Shown here piece after piece: positions 10,954 to 22,047 of a stretch of 64,000 nt of DNA. The number at the start of each line of letters is the position of its first letter. The stretch's first letter is position 1. Made by a program: the position numbers and the translations under genes. Under the pieces are notes generated by a model. That model ran no database searches, was not told the origin of the DNA, and saw only the letters and a list, made by a program, of their open reading frames with translations. Source of the stretch: Cyanophyceae cyanobacterium (GTDB lineage Bacteria; Cyanobacteriota; Cyanobacteriia; Cyanobacteriales; Laspinemataceae). The stretch is taken from assembly GCA_038321985.1 (NCBI GenBank), contig JBBQFN010000001.1, forward strand, positions 439,253 to 503,252, given 5' to 3'.

Positions 10954-12003
10954 ATGTTTTTAGTCATAACCCAGCTTCTGCTATGGGTGGTTGTCGCCCT
11001 ACTCATCTGGTATGTTCTCCTCCAGCTTATTCCCCGGGAATATCTAACCTGGCTAGGGGGCGCAATCCTGTTAAGTATTATCGTCTTGGCGTTTTTCTTC
11101 CCCACGGAACAGGGGGTTGCTACCTTGTGGTACATCCTCTCCTTTCCCCTGCGCCCCTTAGGGTTGTGCATCGTCCTGTTATGCGCGGCGACGAGGAGGC
11201 CAAAACAGCGGATGCACCTGGTTTGTGCTGCCCTGATTATCTTGGTCCTGTCTAGCGTTCCTTGGTTGGCTCAAAGCTATCAATATTGGCTGATTCGGTC
11301 TAATTTCCCAGTCGCATCAGTTTGTCCAGCCCCGGGAAACCCTAATCTCGTCCCAGTTGTAAGCCGTCCCGAGGGCATCGTCCTTTTATCTGCGGGCGTC
11401 TCCCAGCCTTCTTTGCCCTATCAGCCGGAACTGATAGAAGCCAGTATGAGCGACCTGATCGTCACCACAGTTCGTCAGTATCAACTCCAGCAACAGGTGG
11501 GACATTCGCCTCGGGTGATTGTTGCGGCTCGTCCCCAACCCTTTCCCTGGCAAGGGGTTAGCGCGCCTTGGTATTCAGTCACCTCTACCGATATCCTGGA
11601 AGCTGACATCATCAGAAACCTGTTGATCTCTCAAGGAGTGTCTCCTACTCATATTTTTATTTTAAATAAGGTGGAAAATATCCGTCAAAGTGCAGAAGCC
11701 GTCGCCGAACTTATCCCGCGACTGGGTACGCGCAAACCTCGGGTGATTGTAGTGGCTTCTGTCTTGCATCTTCCCAGGGCCAGCCTTGCTTTTGAAGGTC
11801 TCGATCTGGACGTGATTCCGCGATCGCCTAGTTTGTATCCGCAAATCTGTGCTCTAGAACAAGTTCGCCCTGGCATTTATGACATCATCCCCAGTGCAAC
11901 TAGCTTAGCCCTAACCAGCCGAGTAGTCGAGGAATTTTACACCTTGATGTATTATTTTCTGCGCGGTTGGGTTGAACCTTGTGCTCGGTGCTTGGGTAAT
12001 TGA
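10954..12003 (+). CDS. YdcF/DUF218-family membrane protein
   Basis: N-terminal TM segments, GIVLLS, VVASVLHLPRA and EEFY motifs (divergent DUF218). Confidence 0.7.
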   Translation: MFLVITQLLLWVVVALLIWYVLLQLIPREYLTWLGGAILLSIIVLAFFFPTEQGVATLWYILSFPLRPLGLCIVLLCAATRRPKQRMHLVCAALIILVLSSVPWLAQSYQYWLIRSNFPVASVCPAPGNPNLVPVVSRPEGIVLLSAGVSQPSLPYQPELIEASMSDLIVTTVRQYQLQQQVGHSPRVIVAARPQPFPWQGVSAPWYSVTSTDILEADIIRNLLISQGVSPTHIFILNKVENIRQSAEAVAELIPRLGTRKPRVIVVASVLHLPRASLAFEGLDLDVIPRSPSLYPQICALEQVRPGIYDIIPSATSLALTSRVVEEFYTLMYYFLRGWVEPCARCLGN

Positions 12004-12151
12004 ATTCTGGGCCGTATTTTAGGGTTGCAGAGATTTGAAGAGAGGGGGTTTCCCAGTTCTTTAGTCCCGATCGGGTTCATTTTCCCGGGAGGAGATGAAC
12101 TCGCCGATCGCCCTTTACACTAAAAGAGGGGTAAAAAACTATCAATTTGAC

Positions 12152-13897
12152 ATGGCTCGCTCAAAACTTCAAAAACTGGCCTCCTATATGCGTCCTCACT
12201 GGCGAAATGCCTTAGTGGGGATTGTGGCCCTATTTATTGTCAATGCTTTGGGGGTGTACATTCCCCTGCTGATTCGCAACGCAGTCGATGAACTAGAAGT
12301 CACCTTCAGTCTTGACCGCATTTTATACTCGGTGGCGATCATCCTGGGTCTAGCAAGCGTGATGTGGGTGATTCGCGTCGTCTCCCGAATGTTTCTGTTC
12401 GGGGTGGGACGTCAGGTGGAATTTGACCTCAAACAAGGGATTTTTCAGCACGTCCTCACTCTAGAACCCGCGTACTTTGCTCTGAATCCGCCGGGAGACC
12501 TGATTAACCGCGCCACGTCTGATGTGGACAATATCCGTCGTCTGCTAGGATTTGCGGTGTTGAGTGTGGTGAATACGGTTTTTGCCTATGCTTTGACCCT
12601 GCCGGTGATGTTGGCGATTAATGTCAAGTTGACGGTGTGGGCCGTTGCCGTGTATCCGTTTATGTTGATGATCGTGCAGTTATTTAGCGATCGCCTCCGC
12701 ACCGAGCAACTCGAAGTCCAAGAGCAACTCTCGGGGCTCAGCGACTTAATTCAAGAAGATATGAGCGGGATATCTTTAATTAAAATCTATGCTCAGGAAG
12801 AAAACGAACGCCTTGCCTTCCGAAACCTTAACCAACAGTATTTACGGGCAAATCTCAAATTAGCTCAAACCCGCAGTTTTCTATTTCCCGTCCTCGGGGG
12901 ATTAGCCAGTGTGAGCTTACTGGTTTTACTCACTTTCGGTGCCGGGGCGATCGCCGATGGGGAAATTACCGTTGGAGATTTCATCGCTCTCTTGCTATAT
13001 GTAGAACGGCTGGTGTTTCCCACTGCCCTGCTGGGGTTTACCATTACGGCCTATCAACGGGGAGAAGTGAGTATTGACCGCATCGAGTCTATTTTTGAAG
13101 CCAAACCGAAAGTCCAGGATGCAGCGGATGCAACTGTGCTCACTGAAACGGCAACAGGTCACCTCCGCGCTAGTCATCTCACTTATCGCTATCCCGATTC
13201 CCAAACTCCAGCCCTTAGCGATCTGAGCTTTGAAATTACACCGGGTGAAACGGTGGCGATCGTCGGCCCCATTGGTTCCGGGAAATCCACCCTCGCCAAT
13301 GCTATCCCGCGCCTACTGGAAATTAACCCCGGACAACTCTATCTGGATGACAAAGATATCACCACTCTTAAATTAGAAAATCTGCGGGCGAACATCGCTT
13401 ACGTTCCCCAGGAAAGTTTTTTGTTTAGCACATCCATTCGGAACAACATCCGGTATGGCAAACCCCTCGCCGAAGACCCCGAAATTATCCAAACCGCCAA
13501 ACAAGCCCAAATTCACCCGGAAATTCTCAACTTTCCTCAACAATACGAGACCATGGTGGGGGAACGGGGGATTACCCTTTCTGGAGGACAGCGGCAGCGC
13601 ATGGCCCTGGCGAGAGCGCTGCTGGTGGATGCGCCGGTGCTGATTTTAGATGATGCCCTCTCTAGTGTGGATAATCAGACGGCAACGGATATTCTCCAGA
13701 ACCTTTCCTCGGGTACTCAGCGCAAAACCGTGCTGTTTATCTCGCACCAAATGTCTGCTGCTGCCTCTGCCGATCGCATTTTTGTTATGGATCGCGGGGC
13801 GATCGTCCAAGTTGGTACTCACGCTGAATTAGTAGAACAACCGGGTTTGTATCAACAGCTTTGGAATCAGCAGAAGCTAGAGGCACTCTTGCATTAA
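12152..13897 (+). CDS. ABC exporter, fused permease and ATP-binding domain
   Basis: GPIGSGKST Walker A, LSGGQRQR signature, LILDD Walker B; start placed at MARSK. Confidence 0.95.
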   Translation: MARSKLQKLASYMRPHWRNALVGIVALFIVNALGVYIPLLIRNAVDELEVTFSLDRILYSVAIILGLASVMWVIRVVSRMFLFGVGRQVEFDLKQGIFQHVLTLEPAYFALNPPGDLINRATSDVDNIRRLLGFAVLSVVNTVFAYALTLPVMLAINVKLTVWAVAVYPFMLMIVQLFSDRLRTEQLEVQEQLSGLSDLIQEDMSGISLIKIYAQEENERLAFRNLNQQYLRANLKLAQTRSFLFPVLGGLASVSLLVLLTFGAGAIADGEITVGDFIALLLYVERLVFPTALLGFTITAYQRGEVSIDRIESIFEAKPKVQDAADATVLTETATGHLRASHLTYRYPDSQTPALSDLSFEITPGETVAIVGPIGSGKSTLANAIPRLLEINPGQLYLDDKDITTLKLENLRANIAYVPQESFLFSTSIRNNIRYGKPLAEDPEIIQTAKQAQIHPEILNFPQQYETMVGERGITLSGGQRQRMALARALLVDAPVLILDDALSSVDNQTATDILQNLSSGTQRKTVLFISHQMSAAASADRIFVMDRGAIVQVGTHAELVEQPGLYQQLWNQQKLEALLH

Positions 13898-14074
13898 GCT
13901 GGGGAAGCCGTCAACCCCCCTAAAGCCTTTAACCCCGCCATTTAGAAGCAGGATTTTAGCATTTTTTGCTTCTAAATGGTCCCGAAAAGAGCTGTTTTCA
14001 TTGCGGTTCAATGCCGATTTCAGAGGTTACCCTGGGTCGGAATATTCTTTGTAGTCCTTTTTGAATGAATTAAC

Positions 14075-14833
14075 ATGGAAACGGAAAAATTTATCACCAT
14101 TGATGACGAATCTATTTCACTGCGGCAAGCCCTGGGTTATCTGCGGACCAGTGGCGATCTCCAACAGGTGATTATGAAGATTTTGCGGCAGCACGTCATT
14201 GAACAAGAGCTACAAAGCCAGTCTGACCTCGAAATTGATGCCTCTCTCTTAGAACAAGCGATTATCAATTTTCGCCTCCAAAATCAACTGGTGCAATCCG
14301 AGGGATTTGACCAATGGTTGCAAAGTCAAAATCTAACTTATACGACTTTTCGGAATCAGTTTGCCGCCGGTTTAAAAATGGAGGAAATTAAAACAAAAGT
14401 CACTGCCGAACAACTCCAAGATTATTTTCAGAAGAATCAGCCATCTTTGGAACAGGTTGTTCTCTCCCGAATTGTGGTAGAACAATTTGATAAAGCTGTA
14501 GAACTCAAGAGTCAGATTGAGGAAGCCGGGGCAAGTTTTGAAGCCCTCGCAAAGGAGCATTCCCTGGCTGGAGAACGCGCCTATAATGGGATGATGGGGG
14601 CAGTCCCTCTGGGTCAATTACCTCCTGCGATTCGGGATGCGATCGCCACTGCCGAATTGGGAAAAATTGTGGGTCCTATGGAATTTGAAGGTCGCTACAG
14701 CCTGCTACGCGTCGAACAACGCATTCCCGCTACCTTAGAGGGACAGCTCAAACGTCAGCTTCAAGAACAACTATTCGAGCAGTGGTGGCAAAGCAAACTC
14801 CAAAATAAAAACGTTAAATTGCAGGTTGAATAA
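14075..14833 (+). CDS. Parvulin/PpiC-type peptidylprolyl isomerase
   Basis: VVLSRIVV...ASFEALAKEHS...GMMG motif typical of cyanobacterial parvulin-like proteins. Confidence 0.8.
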   Translation: METEKFITIDDESISLRQALGYLRTSGDLQQVIMKILRQHVIEQELQSQSDLEIDASLLEQAIINFRLQNQLVQSEGFDQWLQSQNLTYTTFRNQFAAGLKMEEIKTKVTAEQLQDYFQKNQPSLEQVVLSRIVVEQFDKAVELKSQIEEAGASFEALAKEHSLAGERAYNGMMGAVPLGQLPPAIRDAIATAELGKIVGPMEFEGRYSLLRVEQRIPATLEGQLKRQLQEQLFEQWWQSKLQNKNVKLQVE

Positions 14834-14881
14834 AACCTCGTAGGAAGCCCAATGCTCCCACCCTTCAATTAGATAGCATCT

Positions 14882-14907
14882 CGTGTCATGGCTGAAGCCG
14901 TGACACG
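14882..14907. terminator. Hairpin between convergent genes (REP-like)
   Basis: cgtgtcatggc-tgaa-gccgtgacacg. Confidence 0.5.
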
Positions 14908-15027
14908 GGTAGGATGGGCGATCGGGTGCGGCTACAGGGATCGAAAAACTTCCCCTTCTTTCCGGCTACCCAAGATGCTTTAAAACAAGGGAAAGGCCGG
15001 AGTCACTATAAGGGCTACTTACGAGTT

Positions 15028-17166
15028 TTAGACCGCTGCGGATGCGATTTCAACCGGCTGCATAGGAAGTTCAATTTGAAACTCTGTGCCTTGTCCCGGT
15101 TGAGAAACACACTTCAAACAACCGCCGTGTTTTTCTACTACAATTTGGTAGCTAATAGATAATCCCAAACCGGTCCCTGAACCAATAGGTTTTGTAGTAA
15201 AAAATGGGTCAAAAATCCGCGATCGCACTTCCTTGGGAATTCCGGGACCGTTATCGGAAATCTGGATAACTATCCGTTTCGGCTTGAGCGTACAGGCGGG
15301 ATAGTCATGATTTAAGCGGACTTCGCCCGGAATCAGGCCAGAGGCTTCATCCTCCAACCATTGGGTCGTTATTTTAATCCAGCTAGGATTATCTCGAATC
15401 TGTTCCGGGCTGCGGTTGCGATCGCGCATTTCGAGAGCATCAATAGCATTGCTCAATATATTCATAAAAACCTGATTCATTTGAGCCGCATAACATTCTA
15501 CCAGGGGTAAATCAACGTACTCTTTAATCAGGTGAATTCCCCGGCGATCGCCTTTAGCTTTGAGGCGGTGTTGCAAAATTAATAGGGTACTCTCCATCCC
15601 TTCATGGAGGTTCACTGCCTTCTTCTGTGATTGATCCAGCCGGGAGAAGTTTCGCAAAGATAAAACAATCCCCCGAATTCGTTCTACTCCTACTCTCATC
15701 GAGGATAAAATTTTGGGTAAATCTTCCCTCAAAAAGTCTGATTCGATTTCCTCCCTGAATTCTTGAATCGCTTCGTCAGGAGTGGGATAACATTCTTGGT
15801 ACTGTTCAAGTAATTCAAGTAAATCTCGGGCATAATCAGTAACGTGAGTGAGATTCCCGTAGATAAAATTAACCGGGTTGTTAATCTCGTGAGCGACTCC
15901 AGCTACCAACTGTCCCAGGCTTGCCATTTTTTCACTCTGGACCAGTTGACTTTGGGTTTGTTGCAAGTTTTGTAAGGTGAGACCCAGTGATTCCTTTTGA
16001 TGGCGCAATTGCTCAAAGAGTTGAGATTGATGTACCCCTACGCCAAACTGAGTACCGATTTGACTGAGTAATTCTATTTCATACTCATACCAATGACGGG
16101 GACCGGAATTCTGATAAGCAGCCAGGAGTCCCCACAAGGTTTGTCCGCAAAGGATGGGAACGATAATATACGCTTTAGCCTGAAACTGTTCTAGCAATTC
16201 AATGTGGCACTGAGCATGACCTACCGTGTAGATATCGTTAACTGCGAAGGCTTTATTCTCCCGGTAGCGTCCACCCTGGGTTTCTTCTAAGTGAGTATCT
16301 ACAGTGTCCGCAAGGCTACCGACCAGGGGATTCCACCCCGATGAGACGGATTCGGCGACAAAATTGCCACTCCAATCGGGGTTGAAGCGGTAGACAGCAA
16401 CGCGATCGGCTTTTAGCAGTTGCCGCACTTCTTGGGTGGTAGTCTGAAAAAGGGTATTGATATCGAGCGATCGCCGGATTTTATCAATAGTCGTGGCTAA
16501 AGCTCGTTCTCGTCTGGCTGCCGCGCCTAATTGTGCGGTTTGGGCTTGGAATTTATCCTGTTCTTCAGCACGTTCTAACGCCAAGCACAGGTGAGATCCC
16601 ATTAACCGGAGAAATTCAATTTCGCTAGGTTCCCAGTGACACTCTCCCCAACATTGATGTACCCAGAGGAGTCCCCAGAGTGTTGCTCCTTGGTGGAGGG
16701 GGATGCACAAGTGCGATTTAACTTTTAAGTGAGTTAAAAAATCTCGATAGTGCCGGTTGAGTGTAGAGTGGGAAATTTCGGGGATGACATGAATCCCGCC
16801 TAACTGATAGTAGGCATGACATTCGTCAGCAAAGCTGCGATCGCACAGTTGTGTGCCCACTGTAGCTAGGGCGGGAGATCGCACATCTTCGGCAATAATT
16901 TGTCCCCAACTGCCCTGGAGTTCCGGCGATAAGCGAATCACAGCAACGCGATCGACGTTTAATAACAGCCGCACATCAGTCACCGTAGCTTGAAATAGGC
17001 TCTCTAGGTCCAGGAATTCCCGAATCCGGGCGATCGCCCGAGACAAGGTTTTATACTGTTCCGTTGCACCCGGGGCGATCGCCATCCCTCGTTCTGACTT
17101 CCCCAAAAAACCGTCCTGCTTCGAGACCTTTGTTTCTATCCCTATTGAACTCACCCAACTTTCCAT
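15028..17166 (-). CDS. GAF-GAF(cyanobacteriochrome)-histidine kinase
   Basis: GAF2 has [12 protein letters not shown]...[13 protein letters not shown] (red/green-lineage CBCR with the bilin Cys); H-box HEINNP; DNGPG and FFTTK..GTGLGL. Confidence 0.88.
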   Translation of the reverse strand: MESWVSSIGIETKVSKQDGFLGKSERGMAIAPGATEQYKTLSRAIARIREFLDLESLFQATVTDVRLLLNVDRVAVIRLSPELQGSWGQIIAEDVRSPALATVGTQLCDRSFADECHAYYQLGGIHVIPEISHSTLNRHYRDFLTHLKVKSHLCIPLHQGATLWGLLWVHQCWGECHWEPSEIEFLRLMGSHLCLALERAEEQDKFQAQTAQLGAAARRERALATTIDKIRRSLDINTLFQTTTQEVRQLLKADRVAVYRFNPDWSGNFVAESVSSGWNPLVGSLADTVDTHLEETQGGRYRENKAFAVNDIYTVGHAQCHIELLEQFQAKAYIIVPILCGQTLWGLLAAYQNSGPRHWYEYEIELLSQIGTQFGVGVHQSQLFEQLRHQKESLGLTLQNLQQTQSQLVQSEKMASLGQLVAGVAHEINNPVNFIYGNLTHVTDYARDLLELLEQYQECYPTPDEAIQEFREEIESDFLREDLPKILSSMRVGVERIRGIVLSLRNFSRLDQSQKKAVNLHEGMESTLLILQHRLKAKGDRRGIHLIKEYVDLPLVECYAAQMNQVFMNILSNAIDALEMRDRNRSPEQIRDNPSWIKITTQWLEDEASGLIPGEVRLNHDYPACTLKPKRIVIQISDNGPGIPKEVRSRIFDPFFTTKPIGSGTGLGLSISYQIVVEKHGGCLKCVSQPGQGTEFQIELPMQPVEIASAAV

Positions 17167-17747
17167 CGCAAATACTCCATCCTATTGTTCTTTCAAGGCT
17201 GCTGACTGTTCCTAGGGCATTTTTGATACAGTATGGGTAAGATAATCTGGCTGATTTACAAAATTTTTGCACCGAAAGCAAGCCATCTGATGCAGAAATC
17301 AGGTTTCTTGTCCCTTTTATCGAATACTGTACCGCCGTTCTAGATGCATTGGATTAAGTAGATGCGCTCACCCCTTCTGAAGCCAGGTGATGTCCCGATT
17401 GTTCCCCGATTTAATGTTATTATAAAATGGCTCATTTTTATTTCTCTCTCTCTGGAGGCTCATTTTTCGCTTACGACTGATCCACAGGAGTTGTTAATTA
17501 GAGTCTAAATTCATCAGATTATAGCTATAATTTTTTCTATTGGGGAGTCAAAATCCGAGGAACAATTGATCCGGGTCTGAACGCCTCAGACGGTAAAAGA
17601 AGTTTATGAATTTTCTCTAGCGGAATAATTTATAGGGGCTATAGAGGCGATTCGATTTCAGGGTGAAACTCTCATCTCAGGGGTGGGGGCAAAGCCGGAA
17701 TTGCCCCACAAAACCCGGGAATTAAACCGGCAAACTGACCCCAGAAT

Positions 17748-20588
17748 CTAGCAAGAAGAGGGTAATTGAGTGACGTTTACCTCCTCTACAACTGGGGTAG
17801 AAGAGGGTTGGAATTGAGTTGTAGGAATTTCAATCCAAAATTCAGTACCCTGACCGGGTTTAGAGAGACAATTAAAAGTCCCCCCATGTTTATCCACCAC
17901 AATTTGTTTACTGATTGAAAGACCCATACCTGTTCCCTTGCCAATATCTTTGGTTGTAAAAAAGGGTTCAAAAATGCGCGATCGCAGGTGTTCCGGAATG
18001 CCTGGACCGTTATCAAAAATACAGATAGCTGCATTTTTCCCATCGCGATCGCCAGTCACAGAGGTACGAATTGTAATCCGACTCGGGTCCTGATTTCGTT
18101 CTTGGGGCGATCGCTCTTTATCCCGTTCTTCTAAGGCATCAATGGCATTGCTTAACAAATTCATAAACACCTGGTTAAGCTGTCCAGCAAAGCATTCAAC
18201 GGGGGGCAATTCCCCATATTCTTTAATAATTTCGATACCCGCGCGATCGCCTTTGGCCTTGAAGCGGTGGTGTAAAATCATTAAGGTACTATCAATCCCA
18301 TCATGAATATCCACCGCCTTCATAGCGGTTTGATCCAGGCGGGAGAAATTCCGCAAACTCAAGACAATCGAACGAATCCGGTCGGCTCCTACCTTCATTG
18401 ACGCCAACATTTTGGGTAAATCTTCAATCAAAAAATCTAGGTCAATCTCCTCAATAAACTCCTGAATTTCTGACGGAGGTTCGGGGATATGATATTGATA
18501 AAGTTTTTGCAGCTCTAACAAATCCTCGGCATATTGAGTGGCATGATTCAGATTGCCATAAATAAAGTTAACCGGATTGTTAATTTCGTGAGCAATTCCT
18601 GCCACTAACTGTCCAAGGCTAGACATTTTTTCCCCTTGAATCAGTTGGGTTTGAGCATTTTGAAGGTCTTCAATGGCCTGCTCTAACTCCACGGCTTGCG
18701 CTTGGGCTTTAGCGGCGGCGGATTGAGTTTTTTGATAGAGTTCTGCTTGCCCGATCGCGATCGCCGCCTGATCCGCGAGTTGTTGTAGCAGGTCGATTTC
18801 TTGCTCTTGCCAGACGCGCGGTTGTTCGCACTCGTGGGCAATTAAAAACCCCCACAAATCTGAACCCATCCGAATGGGGACGATTAAATTAGCTTTGACC
18901 TGAATGCTGTCTAAAAATTCTTTATGACAGGTACTTAATTCCGCAGTGGAGACATTATTAATCGCCCGCACCCGTCCTTTTAAATATAAATTAGACACAT
19001 CCGAGGGAATACAGCCGGGACAGCGAATCCCTTGTACAGATTGCCAGTTTTCCCGGAGGTCTTCTACCGTGACCTCTCCGGTTCCCCTATCATTAAACTG
19101 ATAAATCACCACGCGATCAGTATTCAGTAGATTTCGCACTCGTTGGGCGATGGTTTGTAGAATTGTATTTAAATCTAAAGTGCTGCGGATTTGGTCGGTG
19201 ATTTGTTTAAGAATGCGGGTAAATTTTAAGGACTGTTGAAGTTCCTCAGTGCGTTCTTGGACCTGAGCTTCTAAGTTGGCATTGAGGGAATTAACTTCTT
19301 TGTAAAGTAAATATTGCTCGATCGCCATTGAAAAATGCTTGCCGAGCGATCGCGCCATTTCAATTTCTCCCGGCTTCCAGTCTTGGGCTTGGCCGGTTTT
19401 CCGTTCCCGCCACGCCTCAAAGGATTGTCGAGGGAGTAATTGCTTGAGACTACTATTAAACCTTCCCGCCCATAAGGTCTCGGTTTCGATTTCATTCCGA
19501 AAAATGGTTAAATATCCGAGATTTTGTTGCCGATAAAATAGGGGCATCACGATCAGACTTCGGATTCGGGACGGGCGGAAATCCGGAGTAAAACAATTAA
19601 TGTGAGCGGCTTTATAGATATCAGTGATTGTACAGACGGAACCGGCGTGATCTTCGTCGAGATCGGGACTGAAATTATCTGTCTTAATCCAGTCTTTCCA
19701 CTGGGGATGTTCTTCCAGGATGTCTGAAAATTCAGACTTCACAGGCAGCGGTTGTTCCCCAGAGGTAAATATTTGACTGCCTGAGTTGTCAAGGTTGCCC
19801 ATCATGGAATTGTGTTTCGCGCCGATATAGAGCCTGCCCCCACATCCGTTAAGGGCTGTGATGGTGGCTTCTAGCGCTGCCTGCACCTCGATGCTGGGTT
19901 GAGCGTGGAGCAAGGTCGCCACCTGATTGATGGTAGCTTCTCTAGCTTGCTGTTGCTGAGTTGCCTGAAGGAGGGTAGCTTGGGCGATCGCAATAGAAAC
20001 CTGATTCGCCAATAACTGCACCAACTGCAAATCATCGTCAGAAATCCGGCGCGTTTCTACATTATGGGAGACAATCAGCCCCCAGAGTTCCTGCTGATGG
20101 AGGATCGGGACAACTACGGAGGAGTTAATTCCCATCGCTGTGAGGTAGGTTAAATGACACTCATCCACGGCCCGATAACGGATGCTGTTTCTAGCCTCGA
20201 AAGATTCGCCCGAAGCATATTCCATCGCACTGACCCCAATTTGGCGCTGGGCAACATCTACGATGGAACAGACCCGGTCTTTAACAAAGCGTTCTCTAGC
20301 TCGTTCGGGAATATCATCTGCTGGAAAATTTAGCCCTTTGAGGGACGGAAGGCGATTTTCATTAATGGATTCGGCAATCACTTTACCACTGCTATCGGGA
20401 TTGAATTGGTAGACCATTACCCGATCAGTTCCTAATAAGAACCGGATTTCAGCAGCCGTGGCGGTGAGGATTTCTTCTAAATCGAGAGATTGACGAATTC
20501 GGTTGAGCATTCGATGCAACAACACTTCACGATCAAGTCTCTGTTGAACGGTTTGTGTGTTATTTGTATTATTATTTGGGAGGTTCAT
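17748..20588 (-). CDS. Knotless (Cph2-type GAF-PHY) phytochrome fused to a CBCR GAF and a histidine kinase
   Basis: FPADDIP and VDECHLTYL in GAF1; WAG and PRQSF tongue in GAF2/PHY; GAF3 has CPGCIP...STCHKEFL; HEINNP kinase. Confidence 0.88.
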   Translation of the reverse strand: MNLPNNNTNNTQTVQQRLDREVLLHRMLNRIRQSLDLEEILTATAAEIRFLLGTDRVMVYQFNPDSSGKVIAESINENRLPSLKGLNFPADDIPERARERFVKDRVCSIVDVAQRQIGVSAMEYASGESFEARNSIRYRAVDECHLTYLTAMGINSSVVVPILHQQELWGLIVSHNVETRRISDDDLQLVQLLANQVSIAIAQATLLQATQQQQAREATINQVATLLHAQPSIEVQAALEATITALNGCGGRLYIGAKHNSMMGNLDNSGSQIFTSGEQPLPVKSEFSDILEEHPQWKDWIKTDNFSPDLDEDHAGSVCTITDIYKAAHINCFTPDFRPSRIRSLIVMPLFYRQQNLGYLTIFRNEIETETLWAGRFNSSLKQLLPRQSFEAWRERKTGQAQDWKPGEIEMARSLGKHFSMAIEQYLLYKEVNSLNANLEAQVQERTEELQQSLKFTRILKQITDQIRSTLDLNTILQTIAQRVRNLLNTDRVVIYQFNDRGTGEVTVEDLRENWQSVQGIRCPGCIPSDVSNLYLKGRVRAINNVSTAELSTCHKEFLDSIQVKANLIVPIRMGSDLWGFLIAHECEQPRVWQEQEIDLLQQLADQAAIAIGQAELYQKTQSAAAKAQAQAVELEQAIEDLQNAQTQLIQGEKMSSLGQLVAGIAHEINNPVNFIYGNLNHATQYAEDLLELQKLYQYHIPEPPSEIQEFIEEIDLDFLIEDLPKMLASMKVGADRIRSIVLSLRNFSRLDQTAMKAVDIHDGIDSTLMILHHRFKAKGDRAGIEIIKEYGELPPVECFAGQLNQVFMNLLSNAIDALEERDKERSPQERNQDPSRITIRTSVTGDRDGKNAAICIFDNGPGIPEHLRSRIFEPFFTTKDIGKGTGMGLSISKQIVVDKHGGTFNCLSKPGQGTEFWIEIPTTQFQPSSTPVVEEVNVTQLPSSC

Positions 20589-21263
20589 AGAAATTTTGCC
20601 GATTCCAATCCAGATGTTTTTACCTCGGGAAGGTACAAACCCTTCCGCGTTCGCACTAAATCAGATTTTAAGGCTCTCGAAATATCACAGGGTTTAGGGG
20701 CACAAATTCTGTTCCTCTACACCCGCTCAAATTATTCCGTTGCCATTGGAGTGGCACCCGTAGATGAGGAGCTGTATCGGCTAGAACTCCCCTGTATGAG
20801 TGTCTAGCCAAGATGCCAAGGTCTAGTTTGATTGCACCCGGTTGCGGGTACGAGCGCCAGGGCCCTCATCTTGATGCCTTTGTCAACATGATATCAATAA
20901 AATCTTAACATATTCCAACGTCATAGAGTTGACACGACTTATAACCACGATATCCCGTTCCCGCACCTGACAAAACTCTAATTTCAGAGTATGTTCCTCA
21001 ACCCGAGCTCCTTAGAAGTGGGCATTGACAAAACTGTAGTTTACGAGTATAGTAGCAACTCCAGCAGGTTAGGGGTGGCGAGTGCCTCAACCGGAAAAGA
21101 TATCAGAAGAGGGAATTGAATCTGTAGAAGATTGCGGATATCCCCAACCCGGATTTTAATCCCCGGGGCGATCGCTCTGTCTAGAATTTTTATATGTTGT
21201 GTATAGATTCCACGCGCCCTAGAGAAAACCACCCCAGAGAACTACAAACGGAATTCAACAGAA

Positions 21264-21737
21264 TTAATCCGGCTCCTTATCTTTATCCTGAATACGTCCT
21301 CGAATTTCCTCCCGCACACTCATTAACATCTGACCCAGATGATTTTGACCCGTGCGATCGGCACCACAGCCCCAGAAATAGTCCGTTGGGGAATCTTCTA
21401 CAATGGGAAGATCCTCCGTAGCCAGCAGAATACCCTGGATATCTCGATGGCTTACAAACTTGGCTAACACCGCTTCTCGCATAATTCCCAGTTTCACCCA
21501 ATCCCAGTTTGAGCGTACAGTACGAGAGGGGTCGCGTCCTAATTTAGCGGCTTCCTCGGGAGTGGCTGCGGTCCGGATTTCAGTAATAATTGACTCATCC
21601 TCTACACCAATAAATTTATGAGCTTGATAATAATGCTCAACTGTGGGCCAATGCAGCCCCTTCCGACGAATTCCGTGGGGGGAAAAATTGGAAAAACAGC
21701 CGTAGGGTTCGTCAACTTTGTAAAAGTAAATTGTCAT
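21264..21737 (-). CDS. NADAR (YbiA-like) family protein
   Basis: YGCFSNF, WPTVEHYYQAHKF and DYFWG..G.N.LG.MLM.VR motifs. Confidence 0.92.
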   Translation of the reverse strand: MTIYFYKVDEPYGCFSNFSPHGIRRKGLHWPTVEHYYQAHKFIGVEDESIITEIRTAATPEEAAKLGRDPSRTVRSNWDWVKLGIMREAVLAKFVSHRDIQGILLATEDLPIVEDSPTDYFWGCGADRTGQNHLGQMLMSVREEIRGRIQDKDKEPD

Positions 21738-21937
21738 TTCTATATTTTAGTTTATTTAACGATAAACATCTTAGGCTAAATATATCTGGGTTTAAATTAA
21801 TTGCCCCCTTGTTTCAGTAGTGGGAGCATCTTGCCCCGGGATCCCAGTCGGAAGATGCTTCCTGTGCTTAATTTTATTCTTGATCTATAAAAAACTAGCT
21901 TTAGGGTGTGGTAGAAAATGAGATAAAGAGGATAAAA

Positions 21938-21999
21938 AACCGGGTTTCTGGCCCTAATTTGCGGCGAAGAAGCCATAAATTTGGTTAAGAAACCCGGTT
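21938..21999. repeat. Small dispersed inverted-repeat element (AACCGGGTTTCT...AGAAACCCGGTT)
   Basis: 12-bp perfect inverted arms around a 38-bp spacer, downstream of the reductase gene; resembles a common Oscillatoriales dispersed repeat. Confidence 0.6.
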
Positions 22000-22047
22000 A
22001 TTTTCTCGGTAGAGCACTCACACTTTAGGTGCTAGACCTAAACCCGA

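Noticed and set aside
21264..21737. NADAR as a DarT antitoxin (defence TA system)
   Set aside because: No ADP-ribosyltransferase gene is adjacent; it resembles a standalone YbiA-type housekeeping protein.
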